A stretch of DNA of 64,000 bases from the human T2T-CHM13v2.0 reference genome, Homo sapiens (GCF_009914755.1 NC_060944.1); one strand, 5' to 3'; numbered from the stretch's first letter, positions 46,185 through 63,279 are shown. A program made the numbers and translations. Notes: generated from the letters alone by a model not told the origin.

Positions 46185-48071
46185 TTTATTTATTTTATTT
46201 TATTTTATTTATTTATTTATTTTTAATTGATCATTCTTGGGTGTTTCTCGCAGAGGGGGAGTTGGCAGGGTCATAGGACAATAGTGGAGGGAAGGTCAGC
46301 AGATAAACAAGTGAACAAAGGTCTCTGGTTTTCCTAGGCAGAGGACCCTGCGGCCTTCCGCAGTGTTTGTGTCCCTGGGTACTTGAGATTAGGGAGTGGT
46401 GATGATTCTTAACGAGCATGCTGCCTTCAAGCATCTGTTTAACGAAGCACATCTTGCACCGCCCTTAATCCATTTAAGCCTGAGTGGACACAGCACATGT
46501 TTCAGAGAGCACAGGGTTGGGGGTAAGGTCACCGATCAACAGGATCCCAAGGCAGAAGAATTTTTCTTGGTACAGAACAAAATGAAAAGTCTCACATGTC
46601 TACTTCTTTCTACACAGACACGGCAACCATCCGATTTCCCAATCTTTTCCCCACCTTTCCCCCCTTTCTATTCCACAAAACCGCCATTGTCATCCCGGCC
46701 CATTCTCAATGAGCTGTTGGGTACACCTCCCAGACGGGGTGGTGGCCGGGCAGAGGGGCTCCTCACATCCCAGTAGGGGCGGCCGGGCAGAGGCGCCCCT
46801 CATCTCCCAGACGGGGCGGCTGGCCGGGCGGGGGGCTGACCCCCCCCACCTCCCTCCCAGACGGGGCGGCTGGCCGGGCAGAGGGGCTCCTCACTTCCCA
46901 GTAGGGGCGGCCGGGCAGAGGCGCCCCTCACCTCCCGGACAGGGTGGCTGGCCGGGCGGGGGGCTGACCCCCCCACCTCCCTCCCGGACGGGGCGGCTGG
47001 CCTGGCGGGGGCTGACCCCCACCTCCCTCCCGGACGGGGTGGCTGCTGGGTGGAGACACTCCTCACTTCCCAGACGGGGTGGCTGCCGGGCGTAGGGGCT
47101 CCTCACTTCTCAGACGGGGCGGCTGCCGGGCGGAGGGGCTCCTCACTTCTCAGACGGGGCGGTTGCCAGGCGGAGGGTCTCCTCACTTCTCAGATGGGGC
47201 GGCCGGGCAGAGACGCTCCTCACCTCCCAGACGGGGTCGCAGCCGGGTGCTCTCACATCCCAGACGGGGCGGCGGGGCAGAGGCGCTCCCCACATCTCAG
47301 GCGATGGGCGGCCGGGCAGAGACGCTCCTTACTTCCTAGATGGGATGGCGGCCGGGAAGAGGCGCTCCTCACTTCCTAGATGGGATGGCGGCTGGGCAGA
47401 GACGCTCCTCACTTCCTAGACGGGATGGCGGCCGGGAAGAGGCGCTCCTCACTTCCTAGATGGGATGGCGGCCGGGCAGAGACGCTCCTCACTTCCTAGA
47501 CGGGATGGCGGCCGGGAAGAGGCGCTCCTCACTTTCCAGACTGGGCAGCCAGGCAGAGGGGCTCCTCACGTCCCAGACGATGGGCGGCCAGGCAGAGATG
47601 CTCCTCACTTCCTAGACGGGGTGGTGGCCGGGCAGAGGCTGCAATCTCGGCACTTTGGGAGGCCAAGGCAGGCGGCTGGGAGGTGGAGGTTGTAGCGAGC
47701 CGAGATCACGCCACTGCATTCAGCCTGGGCACCATTGAGCACTGAGTGAACCAGACTCCGTCTGCAATCCCGGCACCTCGCGAGGCCGAGGCTGGCGGAT
47801 CACTCGCGGTTAGGAGCTGGAGACCAGCCCGGCCAACACAGCGAAACCCCGTCTCCACCAAAAAAGTAAGAAAACCAGTCAGGCGTGGCAGCGCGCGCCT
47901 GCAATCGCAGGCACTCGGCAGGCTGAGGCAGTAGAATCAGGCAGGGAGGTTGCAGTGAGCCGAGATGGCAGCAGTACAGTCCAGCTTCGGCTGGGCATCA
48001 GAGGGAGACCGTGGAAAGAGAGGAAGAGGGAGACCGTGGGCCGTGGTGAGAGTGAGAGGGAGAGGGAGAGC
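46185..48071 (-). mobile_element. SVA retrotransposon (SVA_D-like), near full length, antisense to host gene
   Basis: SINE-R ~46225-46725, GC-rich VNTR ~46725-47640, Alu-like ~47640-48010, short (CCCTCT)n head ~48048-48070. Confidence 0.96.
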
Positions 48072-49629
48072 TCTTTTTAGCTTTTATAGCTTTTGTTGTG
48101 TCTAAGGAATCTTTGCCTAACCCGAGTTCACAAAGATTTTCTTGTATGTTTTTTTCTGGAATTTCTGTAGTTTTTAGATTTACATGTAGATCTAATATTT
48201 TAATACATGGTATGAGATATTAAGGATCCAAGTTCAGTTTTTTGCATATGAATATCCAGCTGTTTTAGTACCAGTTGTTGAAAGGACTATCATTCCTCTA
48301 CCGGATTGTCCTTGTACCTTTGTCAAAAATCAGTTGTTTATATATCTGTGGGTCTGTTTCTGGACTCTGTTCCATTGATATGTTTACCTTATCTTTATGC
48401 CTGTACCACACTGTTTTACTATAACTTGAAGTGAGGCAGTTTTAGTCCTCTAGCTATATTCGTTTTCAAAGTTGTTTTAGGTAATCTAGGTTCTTTGCAT
48501 TTCCAAATAAATTCTAGAATTAGCTTCTCAATTTCTTAAAAAAAAAAAAAAGCACGTTGGGATTTTGATTGGGACTACATTGAATCTGTTTGGGGGAAGA
48601 GCTGACGTCTTAACAGTTTAGGAGAGATACAAATTAACAAATTAAATTAGTGATTTTATTTTAATTAATGTTTCTCAGTAGTATTTTTGTGTTTTTCCTG
48701 TACAGGTTTTATGTCTTTTGTCAAATTTTTCTCTTAATATTTCACAATTTTTGATACTGTTTTAATTTTTTCAGAATTTCAGTATTTGGTCATTGCTACT
48801 CTATAGACATGAAGTTGATTTTTGTGTATTGATCTTGTATCCTGCAACTTGGCTAAATTCACTTATTTTAATAGCTTTTTGGGGAGATTCCATTGGATTT
48901 TCTTTTTTCTTTTTCCTTTTTTTTTTGAGATGGAGTCCTGCTTTCTCACCCAGACTGGAGTGCAGTGGCCCAATCTCGGCTCACTGCAACCTCTGCATCC
49001 TGGGTTCAAGCAATTCTACTGCCTCAGCTTCCTGAGTAGCTGGGATTGCAGTTGCCTGCCACCAGGCCTGGCTAATTGTATTTTTAGTAGAGACAAGGTT
49101 TTACCATGTTGCCTAGGCTAGTCTTGAACTGACCTCAGGTAATCCACCCACCTCGGCCTCCCAAAGTGCTGGGATTACAGGCATGAGCCACCGTCCCTGG
49201 CCTCCGTTGGATTTTCTGTACATCATTTGCAAATAAGGACAATTTTACTTCTTTCCAATTATCACTTGTTTTACTTATTTACTTATTATCAGTATTTTCT
49301 GTGTTGTCACTGCTTCAGAGATTCTGTCCTTTTCAATTTTCTTTTGTTATCTTCTTGGTCTTAGATATTATCATATTGTTGTTTGTTTTTTTTTTTTAAT
49401 TAGTTAATGGCTTTCTGTGAGGTATTCTCTCAGTCTATGTTGTCTTCAGAAAACACTGGTTTCATTTTGTTCAGGGCCATATCATAATTCCTAGCTACCA
49501 ATTACATGAAGTTCCAACTTATTTATTCCTCCACATTGGGATCAAATATTTCTTCCTGTCAATAATTGGCATTTCTGTTTACCATTGCAACTTATTCTAG
49601 CCTAGGTCCCACTTAAAATTATAGTTGGG

Positions 49630-49850
49630 GAGAGAGCATCAGAGTTGAGGTTCGGAAATTTGGTTTGAATTCCCATTTTGCTGCTTAGTGTCTGTATAAT
49701 CTTGGGCAAGTTTTTTAACTGTTAGGCCTGTTTGCTTATCTGTAGGAAGAGAGTAACACAAGAACTTTACAATATGTCATGTGAATTGAAAGAGAGAACA
49801 TAGAAATCATAGCCATGTGCCTGCAACACAGTGTGGGTAGTCTGTAAATA
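49630..49850 (+). mobile_element. MIR
   Basis: ggtttgaattccc...ataatcttgggcaagttttttaac...ttatctgtag. Confidence 0.7.
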
Positions 49851-50193
49851 TTTAGTCTGGCACTAGTGTGAGCACCAAGTGAAGGAATGAATGCTTGTTT
49901 GCATATCCTATTTCTGCACTGTTGCTTATGCTGTTCTCCAATCTCTTTTCAGGCCCTCTGCATCTTCCTCATGTTTCGAGGTCAATGAAGCCCATCTTTA
50001 TTACTCATTTCCTATCATTGTTTACATCCCTGTTGAGTTGATATCTTACTAAACTTAGGGACTGGGAGTATATCTTTGGAAAATATTTGTTTTCCTCAAA
50101 ATGCCTACCATAAATGTATTATAGGTCCCTAAAATAATTGGTTGATTGTATAGTTAATTTGGAAGCAGTGCATCAAAATACTTTGTAGGGTGA

Positions 50194-50507
<314 letters not shown>

Positions 50508-50781
50508 TGTTTGTTTTTTGGTCAGATTTAGGTTTTAGGAGTGAAGTAAGTTGAATTTTACATGCTACAGTGGAAGTGGCAGAAATGTTTTTGTTTGATT
50601 AAAAGTAGCTTTAAGAGAACAGTAATTAACTTTTTAATTTTGGCCATCAAACAAGGAGGGTTGCTCATAAAACAGAATGGGAGTTTGGTAACTATAAACC
50701 ATTTATTAAATGTTTTTTAAAAATCACATTGTTTCAACATTGAATGTGGTAGAATATTCAGTATTTCCTTTAGGTTTACAT

Positions 50782-51055
50782 GTATAGTCTTATGTCTTTT
50801 AACAACAGAAATATGTTCTGAGAAATGCATCATTAGGTGATGTACAAACATTATAGAGTGTACTTACACAAACCTACATAATATAGCCTACTACACACCT
50901 AGGATATATGTAAACCTGTAATAGTAGCTAACAGCATGTTACTGTACTGAATGCTGTAGGCAGTTTTAACAATGGTGTTTGTATATCTAAACATAGAAAC
51001 TGTACAGTGAAAATATAGTAATCTTATGGTACCACCTTTATTGACTGAAACTTCA
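50782..51055 (+). mobile_element. Tigger3/MER7-type DNA transposon
   Basis: gttctgagaaatgcatcattaggtgat...agagtgtacttacacaaaccta...atagcctactacacacctagg. Confidence 0.78.
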
Positions 51056-52404
51056 GCTAAAAATGATAAACCTGATTAATATGCAAAGCAGCCCTTATAA
51101 CATGCTTTTTCAAAAACAGCTTAAGACTTTTCAGATTTCGTTAAGAAGTTATATGGTAACATGCTGACTAGAGAATGATTTATTGGGCTAGTTAGCATTT
51201 TAAAGTAAAGGGAATGGAAACCAGAAGATGATGCAAGGGTACTTTTATTCGTTGTGTTAAAAAGCCATAGTAAAAGCCGTAGTAATCATTCTAAACTGTT
51301 GGATGCTTCCTTAGTGCTGCGTATATAAAGTATGTTAATAAATTTGATATCTAGGGTACTTGTTAGAACCCTAACTGGCATAGCCTATAACTCCAGAATC
51401 ACCATTCTAATTGTATTCTGGAGTTGTGCTCTACAGTGGTGCTATTCACATAGAATATAATGTGAAAGGTAACCCTAGAGTTGTGCAAGTAGAAGGTACT
51501 AGCTTAATGAATTTGGCTCTAATAAGTTAATAAAGTAATTTGAACATTCCTTGAGAGGTAAAGTTTAAGATGCACTGTGGGACGCTAGAAAGTAATTTGC
51601 AGGCAGCCAGGAAATCTGGTTTCTGGAACCAGTCAACTGGCACCTCACTTTCCCCATAGTACCATGGAAACTTTGATTAGATGTCTCTTCCATTGCTGAT
51701 ATTTTGCATTTAGGTGATGGATTGAAGTCAGGAACTAGATCTAGCATTGAGGGCACTGAAAGGTGGTTGTCATGTAGTCCAGAGGTCAAGGGTCAAGTGA
51801 TTAGAAGCAGTTTGTTCAGAGGTCAAGTGATTAGAAGCAGGTTAAGCCAAAGTTAGACTCATGATTTTAGCAGGGAATGTGAATGGAAATCCATATACCC
51901 GCCCATCTCCATTGGTTGGAGACCAGCGGGTCATCTTTCTTAAATTGTATATGGGTGTATGGAAGGGATTTGAAATTGACGAGTCGTATAACTGAGTAAG
52001 GACAGAGAAGCCGGACTCTATTTTTCCATTAGGTCTAGGGCTTTCTAGTGCTTAAGATGAGTTCTTGCTCCTGCTCTGTTACTCAGGCAGTGGCTTGATT
52101 GTGGTAGACACTTATGACCTACACATTTTAGCCTAGGCTGATGCCTTTCCACAGTTATGTTCCTGGTTTGTTTGTTTGTTTTTAGTTCTTTCTCTGTCAG
52201 TTACAGGTACATTTTCCCAAATCATCTGAACTCAAAATTCTCCTAACTTTTCCATGAAGCCTTTATTGTTCTTTGCCTAGCTGGAAGAGACTTTTTCTAT
52301 AATTTTTGGTACTTTTTACTTGTTACTTTTTATTATATCTTGTGTTATGCATACATTTATCCCCTACTATATTACTGAAAGCAGGGACTTTGTCTTAGTG
52401 CTAC

Positions 52405-52740
52405 AGGTTTTTGTTTTTGTTTTTGTTTAATTTGAGACAGGGTCTTACTCTGTCACCCAGGCTGGAGTGCAGTGGCATCATCATAGCTCACTGCAGCCTC
52501 CATCTCCTGGACTGAAGTGATCCTCCCGCCTCAGCCTCCCAAAGTGCTGGGATTATAGGCATGAGCCACTACACCTAGCAGTTTTCTCAAACTTTAGTGT
52601 ATAGAGGAGTCACCTGAAGAACTTATTAAAGTTTGGATTCCTGGACCCCCTATTCTGATTACTTGGTTCTGATTTAGGCCTGGGAACCTACATTTTAACA
52701 AGTTCCTCAGATGAGCTTGAGTATGTGGGCTAGAGGAACA
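52405..52740. mobile_element. Internally deleted AluJ (-) plus MER5-like element
   Basis: Arm-to-arm collapsed Alu; ttttctcaaacttt...gagtcacctgaagaacttattaaa. Confidence 0.7.
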
Positions 52741-53206
52741 TGTGGTTTACAGCATCTAGCCTAGTACCTCGTTTTGCTCTTCTATTGCCTGAGTGGTTAA
52801 GTCAGTGATCAGTTAAAACCAATAATCATTGGTAACTCTGCTAGAAGAACCAGTCTTAACACCTGTGAGGAACTAGATCTATTTTGTTCCTGGCTACCTA
52901 GTATTTTACAGGTTTTTGTGTTTACATGAACTTTTTGTACCCTCAGTTTAAGATGCCCTTTGATTTTAGTTTTAAATTTTTTTTTATTATAATTTTTTTC
53001 ATTAAGCCTCTTCCATTTTAGGATGATTTTAATTTTAAAGCTTCTGAATACTCTCTCAATTATCAATGTATATATATTGTGGACATATGCATTTGAGTTT
53101 TGTTGTTGTTTTGCCTTTAAACTTATATGTCTTATTAAAATAAACTCTACAGAAATTGCTATATTCAGTCTTTGTAGGAACTAACAGAAGAAGTCTTTCT
53201 TACTAA

Positions 53207-53845
<639 letters not shown>

Positions 53846-54435
53846 GAAAAATTATTATTTTATAGTGATACACTTTTGTATTAGATATTATAGGGAAAAC
53901 CAGAATAAGTAGATACTTAAAGATTTTCTGGCGCAATGGAGTGCTGAAGACAAACACGTAAAATAGTTAACATTCAAGGCAGTTCGCAACATAGGACCAA
54001 ATGAATGGTCTGCATCAATAAAAGTAAATAGTTATTAGAGTTCAAAGAAGTGGGGGAGATGAACACGTACTAGAGAACCTGGAAAGCCTCCATGGAGAAG
54101 GCAACAGGAGCTGAACTTGAAGGTGTTTTAGATTTCAGTCAGAGGAAAAGAGCGTTCTTAGAGGGAAGAACATACAAAGATTCATTTTACAATTGGAAAA
54201 AACGGAAGCTCAGAAAGGTAAAGTGAGTGTGTGCTGAGGTGCCAGTCTCCTGACCACTGCTCTGCTTTGTGCAGCATTTGGAGGTTTTTCATTGTTGCCA
54301 AGTAGAAGACAGGCAACATTATGATAACCATATTTCAAAGCACTGATAACTAAATTAAATTAAATTAATTAATTAATTTATTTATTTATTCATTTTGAGG
54401 TGGAGTCTCACTTTGTCTCCCAGGCTAGAGTGCAA

Positions 54436-55470
54436 TCCTGTTTGTTCTACCTTGAGACTATATCCAGAATCCAGAATCCAAGTAACATCTTACCTTTACC
54501 CCTTCCATTCTTGTCCATACCACTAGCATCTCTGGCCTGGATTATTGGAGTTGCTTCCTAGTTGTTTTCCCTGTTTCCATTCTTGCCCTACCATCTGTTT
54601 TGAACATAGCAGCCAGAGTGGTTCAATTTAGTCAGGTCATGTCAATTCTCTGCTCAGAACCCTGTTAATGACTCCCATTTTACTGAAAGAGACCAAAGTT
54701 TTTCCAGTGGCTGGAAGCTATCTGTGATCTGCTTCCCTCTCCCTGCCCACTGCTTGACCTCTCAGCTCATATCCTACTACTTTTCAGCTTCAGCCACACT
54801 AACTTCTTGCAGTTCCTTGAAGACTGTAGGCCTAGTCTTGCCTCAGGACCTTTACCTAGACAATTCTTTTTTCACCTGTCCTGCTGCGGCTCATTTCTTC
54901 CCTTCTCTGCAAGGTCAACCAGGCTACCTTATTTAAAACTGTGCCCCATCTCACTTTACCAGCTTATTACCTTCTGATATACTGTATATAGTATTTATTA
55001 ATTTTGTTTGTTCTTTGTCTCCTCTTGCTAGTTTCAGAGAAGACAGGGAATCTTGTCTATTTGATTTATTTTTATTTTTATTTATTTGTTTTTTATTTTT
55101 TTGAGATGGAGTCTCGCTCTGTCACCCAGGCTGGAGCGTAGTGGCGCGATCTCGGCTCACTGTAACCTCCACCTCCTGGGTTCAAGCAGTTCCCTGCCCC
55201 AGCCTCCTGAGTAGCTGGGATTACAGGCACCTGCCGCCACGCCTGTCTAATTTTTGTATTTTTAGTAGAGATGGGGTTTCACCATATTGGGCAGGCTGGT
55301 CATGAACTCCTGACCTCATGATCCCCCCGCCTCAGCCTCCCAAAATGCTGGAATTACAGGCGTGAGCCACTGTGCCCGGCCTATGTGGTTTATTGATGTA
55401 TCTCCATTGCCTCAAACATGGTCAGGCATCTGATAGATGCACAATAAATATTTGTTGCATGCATGAGTGA
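54436..55470 (+). mobile_element. L2 3' region interrupted by AluS (55065-55382, -)
   Basis: cagccagagtg...ggtcatgtcaattctctgctcagaaccct; ends caataaatatttgttg...tgagtgaat. Confidence 0.8.
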
Positions 55471-55551
55471 ATAGAATAGAACAGAATAGAATAGAATAGA
55501 ATAGAATAGAATAGAATAGAATAGAATAGAATAGAATAGAACAGAACAGAA
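55470..55551. repeat. (AATAG)n pentanucleotide microsatellite at the L2 tail
   Basis: About 16 units with AACAG variants. Confidence 0.93.
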
Positions 55552-55954
55552 TGCAAGGTAGACAGGCAGTCCCAACTCTCATGAAGCTTACAGTTTGTGG
55601 TTTCTTTACTCCAAATGACGTTAACCATGTTTTTCACATTTTTTGGTATGTGTAATTCAAAACCTTTGTGAAATAATAAGCATTTAAACTTTAGGAAGCA
55701 GTGTTTCTTAAAAAGAATGTGATCTTGGGGTATGTTTTGAATCAACTGAAAACTATAAAACATTAAATAGAAAAGCTGTGTGCCAGGAAAGGTGATTGCT
55801 TGATCAGTTTTTGAAAAATGCCACTAGATAATTTTTGATCTTAATTCATTCCTGTGGAACACTTAACTACAAAATTTCCTTGAAATAAAATGCAAGTTAT
55901 TAGTGGGATTGTTAGTGGGATTCCCAAATGAAATGATTTTTAGCTCTCATTAAG

Positions 55955-55966
55955 ACTCTTTCTTTC

Positions 55967-55998
<32 letters not shown>

Positions 55999-56273
55999 TC
56001 GTTCGTTTGTTTTCCTCTAGGCTGGAGTGCAATGGCACGATCTCGCCTCACTGCAACCTCTGCCTCCGGGTTCAAGGGATTCTCCTGCCTCAGCCTCCTG
56101 AGTAGCTGGGATTACAGGCACATGCCGCCATGCCTGGCTAATTTTTTGTATTTCACTAGAGATGGGCTTCCGCCATGTTGGCCAGGCTGGTCTTGAACTC
56201 CTGACGTCAGGTTATCTGTCCCCTGTTGGCCTCCCAAAATGCTGGGATTACAGGCGTGAGCCAACATACTCAG
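55955..56273 (-). mobile_element. AluS with (TTTC)n tail and 3'-terminal deletion
   Basis: TSD agact(c/t)tttc. Confidence 0.88.
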
Positions 56274-56954
56274 ACTTTTTCTTATCTTTTTGCAGTCTAC
56301 CATAGAAAAACACAGAATTTCATTTCTGTTCATTTAAAATTCTGTGGTAGAAAATCAAATATGGAAGACTTTTGAACAAATATCCAGTGTTGAAGCAAAT
56401 GTAAATAGTAGATATTATATTGATGCCAACTGAGGAAATATGATTAGACTTAGTCAATAAATGAAGCTGTTAACATAATCTGTCATGTGCCAGTTTAAAT
56501 AATGAAAGCATTACTGTAGTAGGATGTTTTGTTAAATGTCCTACAAGGCCTGTATCTTTCTGTGCAAGCCTACCATGTGGTAGACACTTAATAATAGTTG
56601 ATGATAATAATGCTGAATTATCTGCCTCTTAAATTTGTTTATCTGAGGGAAGAGGTGCTTATTTGTATATAAACTGCTAATTTATCTGTTAGTAACTGAC
56701 ATTTTTTCTTTACTTTTTCCTGAAGATTTGCAATTAATTTAATAATAGAATAAACATTTTTGTATTGTTTTTATATAGGATAAATAATGAAGCTTATAAA
56801 ACCAGGCCTTAGCAGCCACACTGTAAAGACTAAAGAAAAGGACATTTTCAGTTGGTATAAATTTTCTTTTTGTTTATTTGGTGTAAATTTTGAATTTCTT
56901 CTTTTTTTTGGTCTGAAAAATTAATTTAGCTCAGCATGGCCTATCTGGATATAC

Positions 56955-59488
<2,534 letters not shown>

Positions 59489-59490
<2 letters not shown>

Positions 59491-59535
59491 CATCTGTCCA
59501 TCCGTCCATCCATCCATCCATCCATCCATCCATCC
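59489..59535. repeat. (CCAT)n tetranucleotide repeat
   Basis: Read directly. Confidence 0.88.
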
Positions 59536-59839
59536 GTATTCATTCATTGTACTTAAGAATGAGCTATATAAAAGTGAAACCACGGGAGTTCTAGAAGAAC
59601 ATATAGGTGCATATTCTTATAATCTGGGACGAGGAAAATCTAAACATGATATTAATATTAGTTGACAAACTACTGATGAGAGCATAATGTCAGAATAATC
59701 GAAAAATTATTAAAAACTATTTGGTTAGGGCAGAATTTCTGGAATGTTGGATTAAGGTGCTTGGGAAATCCTCCCTCCATAAAGCAGATAAAACTGGACA
59801 AATTTATAAAAAAAAAAAATCAACCATTTTGAACTTGTG

Positions 59840-60282
59840 TAGATTGTTCCCAGCAGCATTACTAAATAGCCAAAAATTGGAAACAATCCAAATGCCCATT
59901 AACTGGTGAATAGATAAGCATAATGTGTATTCATCAGTAGAATACTACTCAGCAGTAAAAAGGAGTGAATCTTGATACATGGTACAGCATGAAGCTCAGA
60001 AATATTTTGCTAAATTAAAGAAGCCACAAAAGATGACATATCCTTTCATTTATGTGAAATGTCCAGGAATAGCGAATTTATAGGGACAGTGAAAGCAAGA
60101 TTAGTAGTGGTTGTCTAGGGCTGTAAAGGGACATGAGGGATCTTTTAGGGGTGATGAAAATGTTCTAAAATGGAATTGTGATGATCGTACAACTGTAAAT
60201 TTACTAAAAATCATTGACTTGTACACTGAAAATAGGCAAATTTTATGGTCTGTATATTATACCTCAATAAAACTTATTTAAA
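59840..60282 (+). mobile_element. L1MC/ME-type 3' end
   Basis: aatagccaaaaattggaaacaatccaaatgccca...attatacctcaataaa. Confidence 0.8.
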
Positions 60283-61138
60283 ATGTTGGCAGGGGCAGAG
60301 GGACAACAGGTTTTTTCCCCTGCTGCAAAGGAGTAGTCCAAGTACAGCACATGTCTGCAGATGGCATTTATGTATAATAGATGGCTGCTGCTTTTTTTTT
60401 TTTTTTTTTTTCTCTAAATCAGGTGTCCTGAGAGATTGGGACCAAGAGGGAGATAGAACACTGGCAGTTGGGGTTCATGTTAGGGTTTCAGACACATCAA
60501 AGACAGCATCCTTCTTTGTTTTAAGTTTATAAAATAGGGTTCAATAAATACCTGTCTTATAGAATTTGGACAGTTTTTTCCACATAAAGCCTTCCAGAAG
60601 ATACTAAGAGCTATAGATTTTAATAACTTAACAAATGTAATAACGTTCTACATTGTCTTTGCAAATAGGTGTATACCCCAAGTATGAATGATACCTTATT
60701 TTGGATGGGACAGGATGGTGAAAATGGCCACGATGTTTGGAAAAACCAGTTCAGGGGCAATAATTTTTAATACTTATTAGCAAAGTAGTCTTGAAATTAT
60801 TAATTTTTTGTCAAAATCCTCCCATTAAAAAATTCTTGAAGACAGCATAATTTGATTTGAATACATCACATTTAATAGAAATTTAATTCACCCTTTCAGA
60901 CTTTAACTCCCCTCCCCCTATTTTAATTAAATGGAGGGATTGGCTTGGATTCTTTCTAAGCTAATGCTTTGTGGTTTGATCCTGTTAAATTTATTTTTTA
61001 AACAAACAGCATATTTTAATTTATTTACCCAACAAATAAGCATTAAACATGTTAATCAAGACACACCACCTGTCCTCAGAGAACAGTAATGGGTACATTT
61101 GGTCAACAAATAACTCAAAGTCTGAAGTACTAATGTGG

Positions 61139-62361
<1,223 letters not shown>

Positions 62362-63279
62362 TGTTCCATCAACTTTTAAAAATCTTCTATCACTATTAAG
62401 TTTAATTCTTGATTTTTTTTTCCTTTTTCTCTTCTTGCCCTCCCTGCCCTTTTTTTTTCTGCTTACGTAAAATTCTTGATTTTAAATGATGGTCCACAGC
62501 TGCTGTAGTCTGACTTGTGTCCCATAAGGGCTGATGACTCAAACATCAGAATTGTTGTTCAGTTTTAATTTTCAAGATCACTTTTGAGTTTGATTGCTTC
62601 CCTGGTTTTTTTTTTTTTTTAAGTTGACAAAATTTTTTCCAAGCTTTGTAATGCTCAGTGTGTGAAGCAAATACACAACCATTTATGAAGTCTTTAATAA
62701 CTAATAAAACTGGAATCTACACATTGTCATATAAATTGGAAAATTAGAATATCTTGTTTGTGGAGAGCATTTTCAGGTTATTTGACTTAACAATGATGTT
62801 ATGAGACTACATGGAAGAATAATTGGATCTTGAGCTGTTTAAACATGTGCTAAATAGAAAGAAACAAAGCTTCAGAGGACCTCAGGTGACACCTGGTCCT
62901 GTCTTCTGATTTTTGACAGATGAGAGTTTTAGGGATTTAGATAATTGGCTTAGTAATTGAATCAGTGAAACAGCTACTCCAGGCTCTTTCTGCTGAATTG
63001 TAAGGGGAAATCAGTGTCTCTTGAAATGTTTGCTGTAAAAAAAAGGAAGACACTATTTTCTGATCAGTTGTACATTTCAAATTCTAAACATTTTTTTGAG
63101 CATTGTTAAACACTGTCAAGCCGTGTGGATGTGAAGGTGAATAAGACAGAATAGTGAATAAGATAGCCTTTGTTGTCACAGGAGTTTGCAAGATTATCTA
63201 ACATTTAGGAAGTGAGACAAATGGGCTTATGCTGTCCCCTGCACCCCAGCAAATGTGTGAAATGTCCCCTTGCTTGTCA

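Larger units (their letters stand above)
43655..49260 (-). mobile_element. Old L1MB-type element, fragmented by Alus (44226-44550 +, FLAM 44553-44668 -, 44859-45148 -, 48903-49202 -) and by the SVA insertion
   Basis: L1M 3' end at 43655 (aattgacttacaataaactacacatatgtaaagtgtacagtttg); sequence is colinear across 45277/48086. Confidence 0.8.

Noticed and set aside
46231-47934. ORFs and CRISPR-like periodicity in the GC-rich block
   Set aside because: It is the SVA SINE-R/VNTR: tandem units without unique spacers, in a eukaryotic context.
51389-51425. 11-bp inverted repeat aactccagaat/attctggagtt
   Set aside because: Short stem with a 15-nt loop; too small for a pre-miRNA and no other support.
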